From Octopus sinensis (Eukaryota), in contig NW_021832854.1 in the NCBI RefSeq assembly GCF_006345805.1, forward strand, positions 1-64,000: a DNA stretch of 64,000 nt. Reading direction: 5' to 3'. A program made the position numbers and the translations under genes. How positions within the stretch are numbered: the first letter of the stretch is position 1; each line of letters begins with the position of its first letter. The notes under the pieces were generated by a model. The model was not told where the DNA came from and ran no database searches. It worked only from the letters and a program-made list of their open reading frames with translations. Positions 46,440 through 59,873 of the stretch are shown one piece after another.

Positions 46440-49425
46440 ATATAATAATAATAATATAATAATAATAATAATTGTGTACAGTGCTCAGGTGCACTACAAC
46501 TCATCTAAAGTGTATATATAATCAGGTGTAGTTTCGGCGGATTTCGGAAAGCATGAGGGCCTTAAAAGATGCAGTGTCATGGCAGTCAACAACTGACGCA
46601 GGCAGTTTATTCCATGCTTCAGCAACTCTGAGCGTGAAAAAATGTTTCCGAAAGTCGTGAGAGCTGTATTGTTTTCTGACTTTGTAGGCATGTCCACGTG
46701 TGTTAGACACATGGAGATCAAAAAGGTGTTCAGTGTTGTTGTTGGTGAGGTGGTTGATAACTTTGTGGGTGTTTACCAAGTCCGTCGCCAGACGCCGGAG
46801 CTTCAGTGAATCCATGCCCAGGGAAACAAGGCGCTCAGAATATGGTAGGTGTCTGATGGAGGGTATGCGTTTGGTTGCACGTCTCTGGACAGATTCCAGG
46901 AGGTCAATGTTCTGTGCAAGATAGGGGTTCCAAACTGATGATGCAAATTCCAAGTGTGGTCGTACCATAGCTGTATACAGTTTTAAATAGATGGCTGGAG
47001 AGCGGCTAACAAAAGACCTGCTGAGTGATGCCAAGACACCCTCGGCCTTCCTGACAATCTTAGAGATATGCTTTGTCCAACGCAAATCACTGCTGACAGT
47101 GATACCTAGGTCACGCTTGCAAGAGGATTTCTTGATATCAGTGTTGTGGAGGGAGTATGTGAACGCAGGGTTTTTCTCCCAAAATGCATGGTGGTACACT
47201 TGTCCACAGCCAGTTTCAGTTGCCAGTCTGTGATCCATTGCTGCATTGTGTCTAGGTCTGATTGCAGGAAAGAGTTGTAGACATCAGGATCTGTCCTCTT
47301 GATTTCAAGGTACAGCTTGATGTCGTCTGCATATTTCAATACTGTGGCATTCTTTAAATTGGCATCTATGTCGTTAATGTATGCCACAAACAAGAGGGGA
47401 CCAAGGACAGATCCCTGTGGTACACCCGATGACATCTCATATGGTGTAGAGTGCTGTCCTAGAACTGTGACAACCTCCTTTCGGCTGAGGATGAAGGATT
47501 TCAACCAGTTAAAAAGGTCATCCCCCACACCCATTGCAGAGAGTTTCACCATAAGCCTTTTGTGTGGCACAGAGTTGAAAGCCTTAGCAAAGTCAAGGTA
47601 GACAACATCCACCCATGAGCCACTGTCAGTAATCTGAGTAATGTCCTCAAGGAACTCGACAAGCTGGTCACTGCAGCTGGAGTTAGGGACAAATCCATAT
47701 TGTGAGGGTCGGATGAGACTGTGAGAGCTCCAGAAGTTCCAGAGTGTTTCTCTGACACACGATTCCATCAGTTTTGCAATACAGCTAGTGAGACTGACTG
47801 GGCGATAGTTGACAGGTGATGTGCGGTCACCCTTTTTGAACAGAGGAATGACACTGGCAGTTTTCCACTGCTCCGGAGTAGCACCATTGTTGAGACAGTA
47901 CTGGAAGAAAATAGAAAGCTGGTGTAAAAGGAAGTGCCTGCCACGTTTGAGAAGCAGGTATGTAACTCCATCGAGACCAGGGGAGGCATAGTTGCGCTTA
48001 TTTTGAAGGTGACGTCGCAGCATTGCAGGTGTAAATTCCATAGTTGTTATGGAGTTTGCTGTTAGTGATGGTGAAGATGGTACATCTTGACTTTCAACAG
48101 TGAATATGTTTGCATAGCACTCGGCAATGAGTTCTGCGCATTCCTTGGGGTCGTCAGTGATCTGGTTTGTGTGAGGGTTGCGAAGAGGGCCCACTGGAGA
48201 GTGAGGTCTCTGCTTTGAGTGCACATATTTCCAGAAAACCTTACTGTCAGGATTGGCTGCTATGCACTGTTCAAATTCAAACACTGCTTTTTTTGTTACT
48301 TGCTTGAGATGGTTGGATTTATTCCGCTTCTTCCTGTTGGTGTCTGATTTATGCAACCTGTATTCCTGTTCAGCAGTCCGACGTTCCCTCCTGGCAAGTC
48401 GGACCGCTGAAGTTTCCCAAATTGCCCTTTTGGGGCGGTTCTTCTTTTTTTGTTTACGTGGCACTGATGCTGCACATGCTGCCCATATTGAGTCCAGGAT
48501 ACTCTGGAGTATAGTATTCACATCTCCAGAGTTGTAGAATTCACCAGTTTGGGTGCTGTAGTTCAGTGTGGTACAGGTTCCAATCTGCTCTCTTCCAATC
48601 GAAGGAAGCAGATTGGAGATGGTTCAGGTTTTTGTTGCCCGCAAGAGCCAGATTGGCGATGATCATAGCATGATCAGAGTCACCTAGAGGTTCCTCCGTA
48701 GTGCAATTGATAACCGCTTCAGGAGTTGTGGTGAAGAGCAGGTCCAAGGTGTTGTCGCCTCTTGTTGGAGAGGTGACTACTTGTGACCAGTTTGAGTCCA
48801 GCACAAGCTCAACAAAATCGTTTGCACTCTGTGGCCAATGGAAGGTCTCCCAATCGATCTCAGGATGATTGAAATCGCCTGCAATAAACACATAAGTGGC
48901 TGTTTTCCTGGCAGCAGCTCGGAGGACATTGCAAAGCTGTGTGTCCCGATGGTAACTTGGGGGACGATAAACAACGCCAAGCAGGAGTGTTGACATGGTC
49001 ATACCACGTCACAGAAAAAAACTTCTTCTTGTGATTCGTTCAAATCGGCACAAGGAATTACCAAAAAATTTGAACGAACGTAGACCATCACACCACCACC
49101 ACGGCGGTTAGTGCGGTCCTTACGGAAGAGGTTGTACCCCGTAATGTTGAAAACCCCATCACAGAGTAAGGAATGCGCCCATGTTTCCGTGACAGTGATG
49201 AAGTCAGGGTCAACACTTCTGACGTAGGCGTTGAACAAATGTATTTTGTTGCATAAACTGCGAGCATTTAAGGACAACAATTTGTACCCTGCTCGCAGTT
49301 TATGATGGTGTGTAGAGGATGGCAGGTTGTTCTGGCTTAGTTTCCCTGAGTTGCTGTAGTCTTTTTAGTTATTGTGGGTAGAGAGCACTCAGACCAGCTG
49401 GTATCTCTCTTCCACGTTTCAGCAG
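46440..49425 (-). mobile_element. CR1-group LINE copy 2: complete ORF2 region (APE plus RT) with at least three frameshifts
   Basis: LNARSL, ITVTETW, RRGGGV, VYRPP, GDFNHP, LDLLF, SDH, YRPVSLTS, DFAKAF, PQGSVLGP, YADD, TRGH...WNKLP; (ATT)n tail inside a (TA)n tract. Confidence 0.95.
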
Positions 49426-49480
49426 TCTTGACAAATCTCCAGATTTGTCCATCTTGACAAATCTCCAGATTTGTCCATCT
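49426..49480. repeat. Tandem 26-bp duplication, each unit a 9-bp-stem hairpin, at the LINE 5' junction
   Basis: tcttGACAAATCTccAGATTTGTCca occurs twice (49426-49451 and 49452-49477). Confidence 0.9.
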
Positions 49481-50247
49481 GTCCATATGTATGCAGAGAA
49501 ACACAGGCACATAAAATGTTGTTTGCTGAATAAGTTCCTAAATACAAAGAAAGCACTTATTGAATCTACAATCTTAAGTTAATATTTTTAAATATTTTTG
49601 TTATTTAGTTAATGTCATTTCACTTATTGTTTCACTGGAGGCGAAATTGTGAACAGCATAACCTCCTATTTACTAAGAGCACTCAGTTGAATTAAAAAGT
49701 AGAGAATAAAACTAAGTTACTGACATTAGTGATTTACTTTACTTTTTTAAATTTTTAATATCTTAGAGTTTTACTTCTCCACATTCTGAGTTCAAATCCT
49801 TCTTGAATTAACTTTGCATTTTATCATTCCAGTCTTGATGAATATTCTTTCTCCACAAAAATTAGTATTGCACTTAATCAAAAGAAATTAAATTTTTCTA
49901 CTTTTGTTTTGGTACAAAACTATCTTTGGATGGATGAAGTGTAATTACTTGAATTGTCCTTGGCACACTGTTCCTGGCTAATTCCTTGCTATGGAAATGC
50001 TTACCATGATGTAAACTGATGTTCATATCTTCATTCTGTATCTGTGTATGAAGACACACCCACCCACACATGTAATTTAATGTATATTCATTAAACTAGA
50101 TATCTAATTTAATGAAATGTCAAGCATAAGCCAATTATTCTCAAATTGATCCATTTCAATGAATATTTGTGATCCTCTATATTTCTTAAAGTATGTCTGT
50201 AAAATTTCTAATTGGCTATTTGTAGTAGTAGTTCTTCAGATTGCAAT

Positions 50248-50321
50248 GTCATGATTATCTTATTTGTCAACATTATTCATTAGCGTCATGATTATCTTAT
50301 TTGTCAACATCATTCATTAGC
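50248..50321. repeat. 37-bp tandem duplication
   Basis: gtcatgattatcttatttgtcaacat(t/c)attcattagc occurs twice with one mismatch. Confidence 0.9.
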
Positions 50322-53300
50322 TTCCAGATGCTCTTTTCATGTTTATTACTTTATTTGTTTGCTGATGATGATGATTCAGTTAATTAATAACAATGATAAT
50401 GCCACCAACATCTTCCTACTACCATTCTAAGGTATATAGCATGCTGAATTTAATTGGATAGCTTATCAAAGAAAATCCTGAATATTGAAATATAAATGAT
50501 TCAGCTGTGATGATGTCTGTATTTTGTGAGTTAATCCTGTAAACAATATGGCTTTTTGGATGGCTCTAGAAATTTATAAGCTGATAATGCCAATTTTATC
50601 TCTAACCCTCTCCTTCATTCTCTTTCTCATCAATTTTCATTTAATTTTTATTTCAGTTTTTGTGTAATTCATTAGTGTTTTCCAATTATTTTAATTTCTT
50701 CCATGTTCCATTTCATATCCAGCTGAAAATAACTGACTGAACATGTGCATGAAATTTCCATTTATTTATTTAAATTTTTACTTTATTAGTTTGAAATTTC
50801 TAATCTTACGCTTTTTGTTAATTTGCTAGAGGACATTGCCTTCAATTTCTCATAATAAACAGGAAATCCTTCTCTATGATAGCTAAGGACATACTATATG
50901 CCATAGCCAAAAGTTATTGCTATTTGTCATTTCTCTCAACCAGTATATTTTGTTGTACCCCACTTTCTCTGAGTATATGTATGCATTTGCATATTTATGT
51001 GAATGCATGCACATGTTAAAGAAAATACTACAAAAAGAGACTTTTATAATCTATTAAAGCTACTCATCTTTTTAGTTGTTTGACATATTACAACTTATCT
51101 TTCATCATTTTGTAAGAATATTTATAAAAAATATGTCGATTTCTTATTTAAAATTATGAATAAAATGTCAGAAGCCAGAAAAGTTGAAAAGTAAAAAGTA
51201 AGGTTTGCATTTAAAAGAGTGTTTTGTAATAAAAAGGTGGGGACAAAAAATTGTAAATTGATGACCGAAGTCTTTATGAAGTACATAGTTACTATACATC
51301 TTGCATTTCCAAAATAATTTCACCTGATTTTATTTGTAACTTTCAAGTTTAAAAAATTTGGCTAATAGAACTTACAAAAATATTCCAGCTGTTAGAGTTG
51401 CAGAGGTCATTTTAATGTTTATGTCTTCATAAATCCTTTCATGCAAAATCAACATAATATGTTTAATGTAAAGAACATAGAGCTTGATAATGTTACCAGA
51501 AAAAAATTAAGTGGTAAGGGAAAAATAATATAATCTAATATAATTCTTAGTCTTTTGTCAACAATTCTGGACATGCTTTAAGTTTTATTTGACTGCCTCA
51601 GTAAAGTGTAAACTTTAGAAAATCGCAAAGTATAGTAGGCATAGAAAAGTTAGAATTATTTGGAAAATAAATTTACCTAGAGCTGTTATTCACATGAATT
51701 GTCCAATTTTAAGCGAACTATTTGTAATTAATCATAAATTTAACATTATGATATCTTTTTATGTTTCACTTGTTTGTTGAGTTGAAAACACAATATTTTC
51801 ATGGACCACTTCACTTACAAGACCAAATATTTTCCTGCCTCAACTACTTCTAGTTTTTCTCAATTCTTGACATGTCTTTTTGAAATGAATCTTTTTTGAA
51901 TTCAGTCACATTGTACAAAAATTACTCCTTATGAATCAAACTTTCCCTTTGTGACTATTTAGGAAGTCTAGTGTTTTAGGACCATGTTAGGTTTTTAGAA
52001 AGGGAGAATTTGTTCAAAGGAAAATCTGTGTGATGATGTTTCTCTCACATTTATTTTAAAAATCCTTTATAGGGTTTCTTAATATTGTAGTTTGTTAAAC
52101 TATAACTCTTGAAAGTATGTTCACTAAATGTACAAAATGCTTAATATTAGTTAGTTTTAACACCACCACCACCTTTGAGTAGGTGCCTTTGGTAGGTTCA
52201 CACATTGCAAGTATTTATAGTTGATCACTCATTTGAGGATAACTCACAAGCCATGACTTCTTCCTCTCTTTCTCCAGTCTCAAAGATCCTACACAAAGAA
52301 TCAAAAGCCCTGTCCTTCTTATTTTTATTAAACTATAGAAAGATTTTTTAAAATTTGCATTTCATTTGTTATACATACTGTGCTTTTCTAGTTTCCAATG
52401 TTATTTATTCATATTATTTTTGATATTATAGTGGTGTAAGATTTTGTAGTTAAAATGTGTGTTTTTATAAATATTTTTGTCTGTCATTGTTAATTTCCCT
52501 GCCCTCCATATCTTTAATTTTTACAAATGATGCATATATTTTTGGACACTTACTGATTTGTTAATACATTATACCAGTCTTTTTCTTCTATTAAGCATAC
52601 ATTATGTATAAAAGCATATTCCGCTTTTATTTCAATCTGTAGAAACAACTTCCTCTCATATTATTAGTCATAGACTTTATTTTACATTCAGGTAAATGTC
52701 CACCAGATGTGATCTTGTTTTACACAGATGTCTACTTGCTATTCAGTATAAATCTTTTCACAGCAAGTACATATGTTCTGCTGAAATATTTAAAATAATC
52801 CACAGGATTTTATGTTTGTAGGTTTTTTTCTGATTAATTTGTCACACATGTGCAAAAATTCTTGACACAAATATCATAATTCCAGTTTGTTGTATTTTAT
52901 CTCAGAAAGAAAGAGTCAGGGATTCAAAGTCTTTGAAAAATAAGTTTTTTCCTAAAAATATTTTAATTCATTAAATATATTGAAACAATCACATTGTATA
53001 ACTCCCATTCCCACTGCCATAGCGTCTCATTCATAACAATAATATGTTTTCAAAATGTTTGTTAATATGAACTCATAGCTAAATTAATGTAAGTTAAAAC
53101 TTTTTAGTGGAACAAATACACAACATAGTTTATTATTTCTTTGTGCCAAATTTGAAATTAACTTCAGAAAGATGTTTAAACTCAACAAAAATTATGCTTA
53201 CAATAAGGCTGAATGAACAACAATCCTTTTTCATAGTATATTGAATTTTTAATGGTGTAAATTCCAACATAGCTGATGGCTTACACACAATGGTGTGAAT

Positions 53301-53419
53301 TCTTTTAGTATGAGTAAACTGCAAAGAACTTATGATGCATTTCACACATATCTCTTTCAAGTTGCTTTCTTGAGGATTGAATGAATAAATTGGTGCAGGA
53401 AAATATAATTAATGATATT

Positions 53420-53810
53420 TAAGCCACAGACTTGGCTGAATAATGAAAAAGTCTGCTTCCCATTTGGTTTCAGGTTCAGTCCCTCTGTGTAGCACCTTGA
53501 GCAAGTGTCTTCTGTTATAGTCCTAAGCTGACCGAAGCCTTGTGAGTGGATTTGGTGTGCAGAAACTGTATGTGCATGTATTTATGTCTGCTTGTCTTGA
53601 CAGTACATAATAGTTGTATATGAGCATCAGTCATACAAGTGGTTTAGTTCATTTGCAATTTCATATAAAAGCATTCAGCCCAAAGGAAGTATTACCTTAC
53701 TTGAAATCTGATAAGGGCTGGTAACAGAAAGGTCATCAGGCCAAAGAAAATCTGCCTCAATAAATTTCATCTGACCCATGGAAAAGTGAATGTTAAATTG
53801 ACGAGGAGGA
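53420..53810 (+). mobile_element. tRNA-derived SINE with RTE-like tail
   Basis: ggttcagtccc, gagcaagtgtcttc, gtgagtggatttggt, and tail ctgacccatggaaaagtgaatgttaaa. Confidence 0.7.
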
Positions 53811-55299
53811 GGATAATTAAGTTTGCTTCATAGCTCGTGTTTTATGAAAGCATACTTTTCGAGCCTAACAGTGAGATCTGTAGTTTAATGGAAGAATATA
53901 CGTAATTCAATATGTTTAGTATGCTTGCTATTTATAATTTTTTATACTTTGTTTTGTGTTTGTTAGAACTATCCAGTGTAAAAGTGAAATAAAATCTAAC
54001 AGTAATTGAAAACAAAGCATAGGACCCACAATGCTCACATCTACATCTAGCTTAAGGTACATTTTAAACTCAAATAAATTGGGTGGTTTCGTTTTGGTTG
54101 GAATAAGACTAAATGTTGTTTTGACAAGTGTCAAGCACTTCATTTTCTACTTCCCTAATAGGAAAAGAAATCAAGATAATAATATAAACTATGTTCTTTT
54201 TCTTTCTGTTTTTTTTTTTTTTGTGTGTGTAACCATTATTTTTATTTTTAAATGCTAGATATTTAGTTTATTTTACTTAAGCAAGAAAATTTAGAATTAA
54301 AGACAAAAGCTGAATGACACTGAAATAGGAAACTAATTAATTTAAAACAACTTAAGTTTTTAACATATTTAATATTTCAGTTGCTTCTCTAATCTTGCTT
54401 CCTTGCTAATTCCACTTGTCTTCTATTTAATAGCAAAACTTACAATCAAAATTCAATTCTTGTTCACACTATCCTAGAAATACTTTTTTCTTCAGTTACA
54501 TGTTTAGTAACTGGTGTTTAAATTGTTTTTTGGTAATTACAGCTGATTTTATGTATTTGTTTTTCATAGAAAGATTAAGTGATATAGTAGCATAATTATG
54601 CCTGAGTGTTCATTCAAACATACCCCACCAACCTTGTTTTCTTAACCTTTTCAAAATTTTTCATTCATTTTATAATTCGATTTTATCACTTCATATCTTA
54701 TAATTTTAGTTATACCAACTTTTTTCCATCCTAGCATTTTTCATCTAAAGTGTCTTCACTTTTAAATAGTATTTAAAATGATTTAGATTTTTGTATTTAT
54801 ACAGTTTATGTATATATCGATTGTATAGCTTGTATATCATGTGGCTTTATATTGTGAAGACATTTATTTTGTTCTTTTACCTTTTTACTTACATTTGGTT
54901 TCAGAAATTCATTTAACTTTGATATCCTTCATATTTTCATGTTTCCATCACATGATCCCATGTCTAAACAATTTTTGATAATTTGTACATTTGTACTGTT
55001 GACTCATTTTATATTTTATATTTTTTTAATATTTTTTATTTATTTTATTTTACCCATCAAGGTAGTATCTCCCCTTAGACATACTTTATCTTTGTGCCAG
55101 TTCAAAACTTCCTCTATTTAAACTAAAGTTTTGGAAGTATAGTGTAATTGAAGCCTGATGAATGTATGATGAATGCCTGATGAATGTATGGGAAACTATT
55201 AGTTTCGTGATAAGTACTTGTAGTTGAAATGTCTAGTAATATATAAAAGAAGAAAAAGTAAATGGTGATTGAGTATTTAATAATTGTTTATTATTAACA

Positions 55300-56591
55300 A
55301 CAAATTAAAAATTCTCACTTACAGCTGTTTCAATTACAACTCATTGAATTAATTGAATATTAAATTCATAAGCCTTGAGCATAATATCTTCAGAGGGAAA
55401 AAAATGATACCCTTGGATGTTTTATATATGTAGACCCTCAGCTTACTCAAGAAATGAAATGGCATGCTATTATTTTGGTTATAAAGGCTGAGCATAGCAA
55501 TTTAGCAATATCTCAATTTTTAAAGGTTACCAGATCTTTCGCCTATAAAGTTTGTAAGGAGCTAGAGACTGAAGATGGAAATGTATCACCCGTATCAAAG
55601 CATAAAGAGCATTCTAAACACTTTGAAATCATCAGAACACCTGAATTTATCCAGCAAGTTCAACAGGCCATTGATTACATTCCCAGAAAGTCCATGAGGT
55701 CAATTGCAAAAGATCTCCATGTGTCAGAAGGAACTTTCAGAAATGTCCTAGAAGACATCAGATATAAGTCTTATATGATGAGGAAAGGTCAATTTGTCAG
55801 AAAAAGCAAAAGAAAATCACTGGATCAGATCTAAAAGGCTCTTAAACAAACTGAAAGATGCAGCAGAAGATTTGATTTGGTTTTTCTCAAACGAGAAAAA
55901 CTTCAACCAAGATCAAAAACATTAATAGAAGAAATGACAGATGGTTATGTGCAGACCCTTCTGAGGTTCCAAGTGTTATGCATACAAAATTTCCTGCAAC
56001 TGCTATGGTTTTAGGGGTTGTCAGCAATGAATGGCATGTGACGCCTCCTTACTTCTTTCCACAAGGCCTTAAATTTAACTCTGCCACCTACATTAAGGTC
56101 CTGGAAATAGTTGTTAAGTCCTGGATAGACTGTGTATACAATAGAAGACTGTATGTGTTACAGTAAGACCCTGCACTATCAAACATGGCTCTAGTAACAC
56201 AGGAATGGATGGCTGAAAATTTTCATGATCACATAACCCCTCAAATTTGGCCTCCTAATTCCCTAGATCTCAATCCATTGGACTATTACATGTGGAGCAT
56301 TGTTGAGAGAGAGGTCAATGAACGTGCCTATAACACCAAAGTTTCTTTAAAAGCTGCAATAGTCAGAGTAATGTCCAAAATGAACCAGGACCACTTTATT
56401 CAAGCATGTAGATGATTTAGATCTCCTACAGAAGCAGTTGTTGAAGGTGAAGGTGGCTTTATTGAATAACATTATAGAAAAGAAGTTATATTTTTATCCT
56501 CATAGAATTTTTTGATAAATAAAGTTATGTTATTATATATATCTGTTTTGTTATAAACATAAATCTGTCCTCAAATATCTTATGCACCCTG
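55300..56591 (+). mobile_element. Decayed maT (DD37D) Tc1/mariner transposon
   Basis: HTH region, WFFSNEKNF, MVLGVVS, LQ*D...WPPNSLDLNPLDY with 37 residues between the second and third Asp, GGFIE*. Right end cttatgcaccctg|TA; left TIR not clear. Confidence 0.88.
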
Positions 56592-56610
56592 TATATATAT
56601 ACATACATGT

Positions 56611-56899
56611 GGAGGCGCAATGGCCCAGTGGTTAGGGCAGCGGACTCGCGGTCATAGGATTGCGGTTTCGATTCCCAGACCAGGCGTTGTGTTTATTGAG
56701 CGAAAACGCCTAAAAAGCTCCACAAGGCTCCGGCAGGAGGTGGTGATCCCTGTTGTACTCTTTCACCACTCTTTCTTCTCTTGGCCTGCTAGCTTAGCCA
56801 GCGGGGTGGCGTCATTCGAAGGCTAAAACAATGCGAACGCATTGTGACCAGCAATGTGTAACAACATCTGATGGTCTGGTTGGTCACGTGATCACGTGA
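56611..56899 (+). mobile_element. CpG-rich tRNA-derived SINE of a second family (resembles octopus OR-type)
   Basis: A box TGGCCCAGTGG (56621-56631), B box GGTTTCGATTCC, unrelated body, ends ggtcacgtgatcacgtga followed by (TA)n. Confidence 0.75.
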
Positions 56900-58139
56900 T
56901 ATATATATATATATATATATACATATATATACACACACACACACATAAAATGATTTGTCTGTTTAGCATCTGTTTTAGATTGGATTGGGACTTAGTTGTG
57001 GAAGCATTTTGCAGCTAGATGTCCTCCTTGTAGCTAACTCTTGTTTATATTTAACTAGTTTTTTGTAGCTGATTTTTGAGAAAGGTTTGGGCATTTTCTC
57101 TATGAGTACGTTATTTGAGGTTGTTAATCTAACATGAGGTGTGATGTTACCTAGTTCTTAATGATGCTAATTACATTTAATATTGGGCAAAGTTTAAATA
57201 CCATGTTCTGTGAGTAGATGAGATAATGGATTTAACAAATAGAATAAAGAGCAATATTGTTAAGCTGCCACTCTGCAGGAGGCCATTTTGATTTTGGTAA
57301 TAAATGTATGTGTGTTTATTCTGGTGTATTATGAACTTAGAATGTATTTTCTCTTTCATTATTACTATTAAGATTGTGTAGATATATCAAATGGAGATGG
57401 CTTAAGAGTATATATATTTCTTGCTCTGGTGTAGGCCTCCATAAGATGCACCGTTTTTACTCTTCCTTTTTACCACTTTTTTTGCATTTATTGGATAAAC
57501 ATCTGCATCATGCTGCCTTTTTATTAGAAAATTATGATGCATGCTTAACACAAGCAGTAACTCTAAAAGGTACAATGAAATGTAGCAATTGTGTAAGCTG
57601 CAATAAAATTCTACATAAGGCTGGGCAAAATCCAGGAGAACTGAACTAGAATAGCAACATAAGTAGTTTTTATTGCACCCATGCATTTTTGTTTCCTTTC
57701 CTGGAGAAAGGGAAAGTAATATTTTTGTGTTTATAAGGAATTAATAGGGGATACTTTTACTAACAATACACTTGGAATACTGTTATTCAGACAAGAGGTT
57801 TTATATTTGTATGTAACAATGATTGACTTCAACACTGTAGGACACTCAGCTCTTCATCTATTTTTAGTCAATTTGCCTCTCCACATCTCTATGCTTTTCT
57901 TAATTCTTACTGTCTCTGATAATTAGGTATATTGTGGGAGAGTGGGAGAAGTATTACTTTTCCATTTGGCTATTGCAACTTAATCTCTTTCAATAATAAA
58001 ATTTTCTGTTGCATTTTCCTACTTTTCTGATGACTTCTTATGATCTCATAATACGTTGTTGGCTGTATTTTGTTATTTTTATTTAGGCTGCAGTATAAAG
58101 CGATAAACAATAACAGCATTTGGTAACAAAAGTAAAGAG

Positions 58140-58350
58140 AATTGCCAATTGCTAACCAAGTGAAATCGTATTCATGGCCGATGCCAGTGCCATCTGACCG
58201 GCACCTATGCCAGTGGCATGTAAAAAGCACCATTCGAGCGTTTGGCCTCATGGAAGCAGTGACCAAGACCTTTGGCGATATACCATGCTTGTGTAGACCT
58301 GTCAAGCCAATTGAGAACATAGTCAAGGCTGATGCCAGTGTCAGGTCATT
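58140..58350 (+). mobile_element. RTE 3' UTR fragment
   Basis: gccagtggcatgtaaaaagcaccattcgagcg, shared with 27830-28095. Confidence 0.65.
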
Positions 58351-59089
58351 GGCACCCATGCTTGGTATTTTTCCTTACATTCTTACTGGTGCTTGTTGGT
58401 TTTAGTTACTGTGAAACTATAAAATAAAATTGTACTGTACAAAGTAAACTTGGTGTTATATACAAGATGTAGTTGTAATCTAAAGTAGCTCAATGCTTTT
58501 ATCTAAAAAGACTTGAAATCTCATTGCATTATTAGGTTTATCAAAACTCTACCATAAATACTTCCCTTGTGAATTAACAAATTTTTCATGCAACTTTTCA
58601 ACTTGCTAGAAATAGCAGCCAAGTTTATTTGGAACTGCATCCTGCCATTTAAAATTATGTAGTCATGTCTAGAATATCTTTAATCATAGGTCTACTTGCT
58701 CAAGGCTGACCTGGAGTTAAACTATTAATACTATTGCTTCTTCTTCCACATAACAAACTGTCACATTATCTTTTTATCAGACAGAGGCAAGGCATATGCT
58801 AGATTTATGGACTGAACATGCAATTTAAGCTAATTTGATGCCATTGTTGATAATCCCTTATTTACTTCAATATTTCAATGTTCTCTCAGTATACTGATTA
58901 CACATTTATTACTGGATTAGTGCGGTACTGTATATAAATTGAGTCACTTGCACATTTTCTGCAGGGTTGGTTTAATCTGTATATACAGTTCATGTTACAC
59001 TTTGGAAAAATATTTATTATCTGGATTTTATAAAAAGCTAATTGCTTCCAATTTTTTTATATTTTCTGTTGAAAAATTCCCTTCTTTAT

Positions 59090-59310
59090 CATCATCATTT
59101 TAACATTCACTTTTCCATGCTTGCATGGGTTAATGGAATTTGTTGAGGTAAATTTTCTATGGCTGGTTGCCTTTCCTCTTGCCATCCCTTAGTTGAGCTC
59201 AATTGGTCACTTGTTTCTATATGCTTATATGCTTCCACACCCTTGTTTATGCAATTACCAACCTTTTCTATTTGATAATCTCTACCACAAATACATGTGT
59301 GTGTATTCAC
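59090..59310 (-). mobile_element. SINE/RTE 3' tail fragment
   Basis: atcatcatcattttaacattcacttttccatgcttgcatgggt is the reverse complement of the shared tail. Confidence 0.6.
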
Positions 59311-59873
59311 CAATACATTTGAATAAATAGACATACTGGATTGTTTACAGGCTGATGTCTGTCAATTTTATATCTTCTACACTTTCTTATCTCTTATTAT
59401 AAAAGGCAGATTTTATCTGCCTCCCTTTGTCAGTTATAGAAATCTACAATATAGGATTTCTTCAATTACAATTTACCTAGCATTTTTAAGAGTAGAATGC
59501 CAGGTCCAGTTTTTAAAATTTAAACTCCAATTAAGCAAAATTTACAGAAAACTCACATTCTGGTGTGTATGTCAAATGCTTTTCTTAATGTGGTTTACAC
59601 CACATGCCCACGCACACGCACACACACAGTGTGCAACGAATAAAATGAAAGTAATTCACTGTGTGTGTGTTGACAGGTAGACAATAGAATGCGATGGCGA
59701 TGGCGATGTAATATTTGTTTCTGTCTATCACGCTGATAGATACATGAGTAAAATGTATGGCAAGCTAAGAGATAAGAGTGAGTGAAAATGTTCTTGGAAG
59801 AGAGTAAATAGCAAGAGTGATTTGAGGAAGACTTTACATTAAATAACCGTAGTGGCTTGTATATATATATATA

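Noticed and set aside
55177-55212. Hammerhead-like CTGATGA...GAAACtattaGTT
   Set aside because: Stems I and II are absent, and it lies in a short tandem duplication.
56611-56685. tRNA gene
   Set aside because: It has A/B boxes but no complete acceptor stem and continues into a SINE body; the same applies to the other SINE heads.
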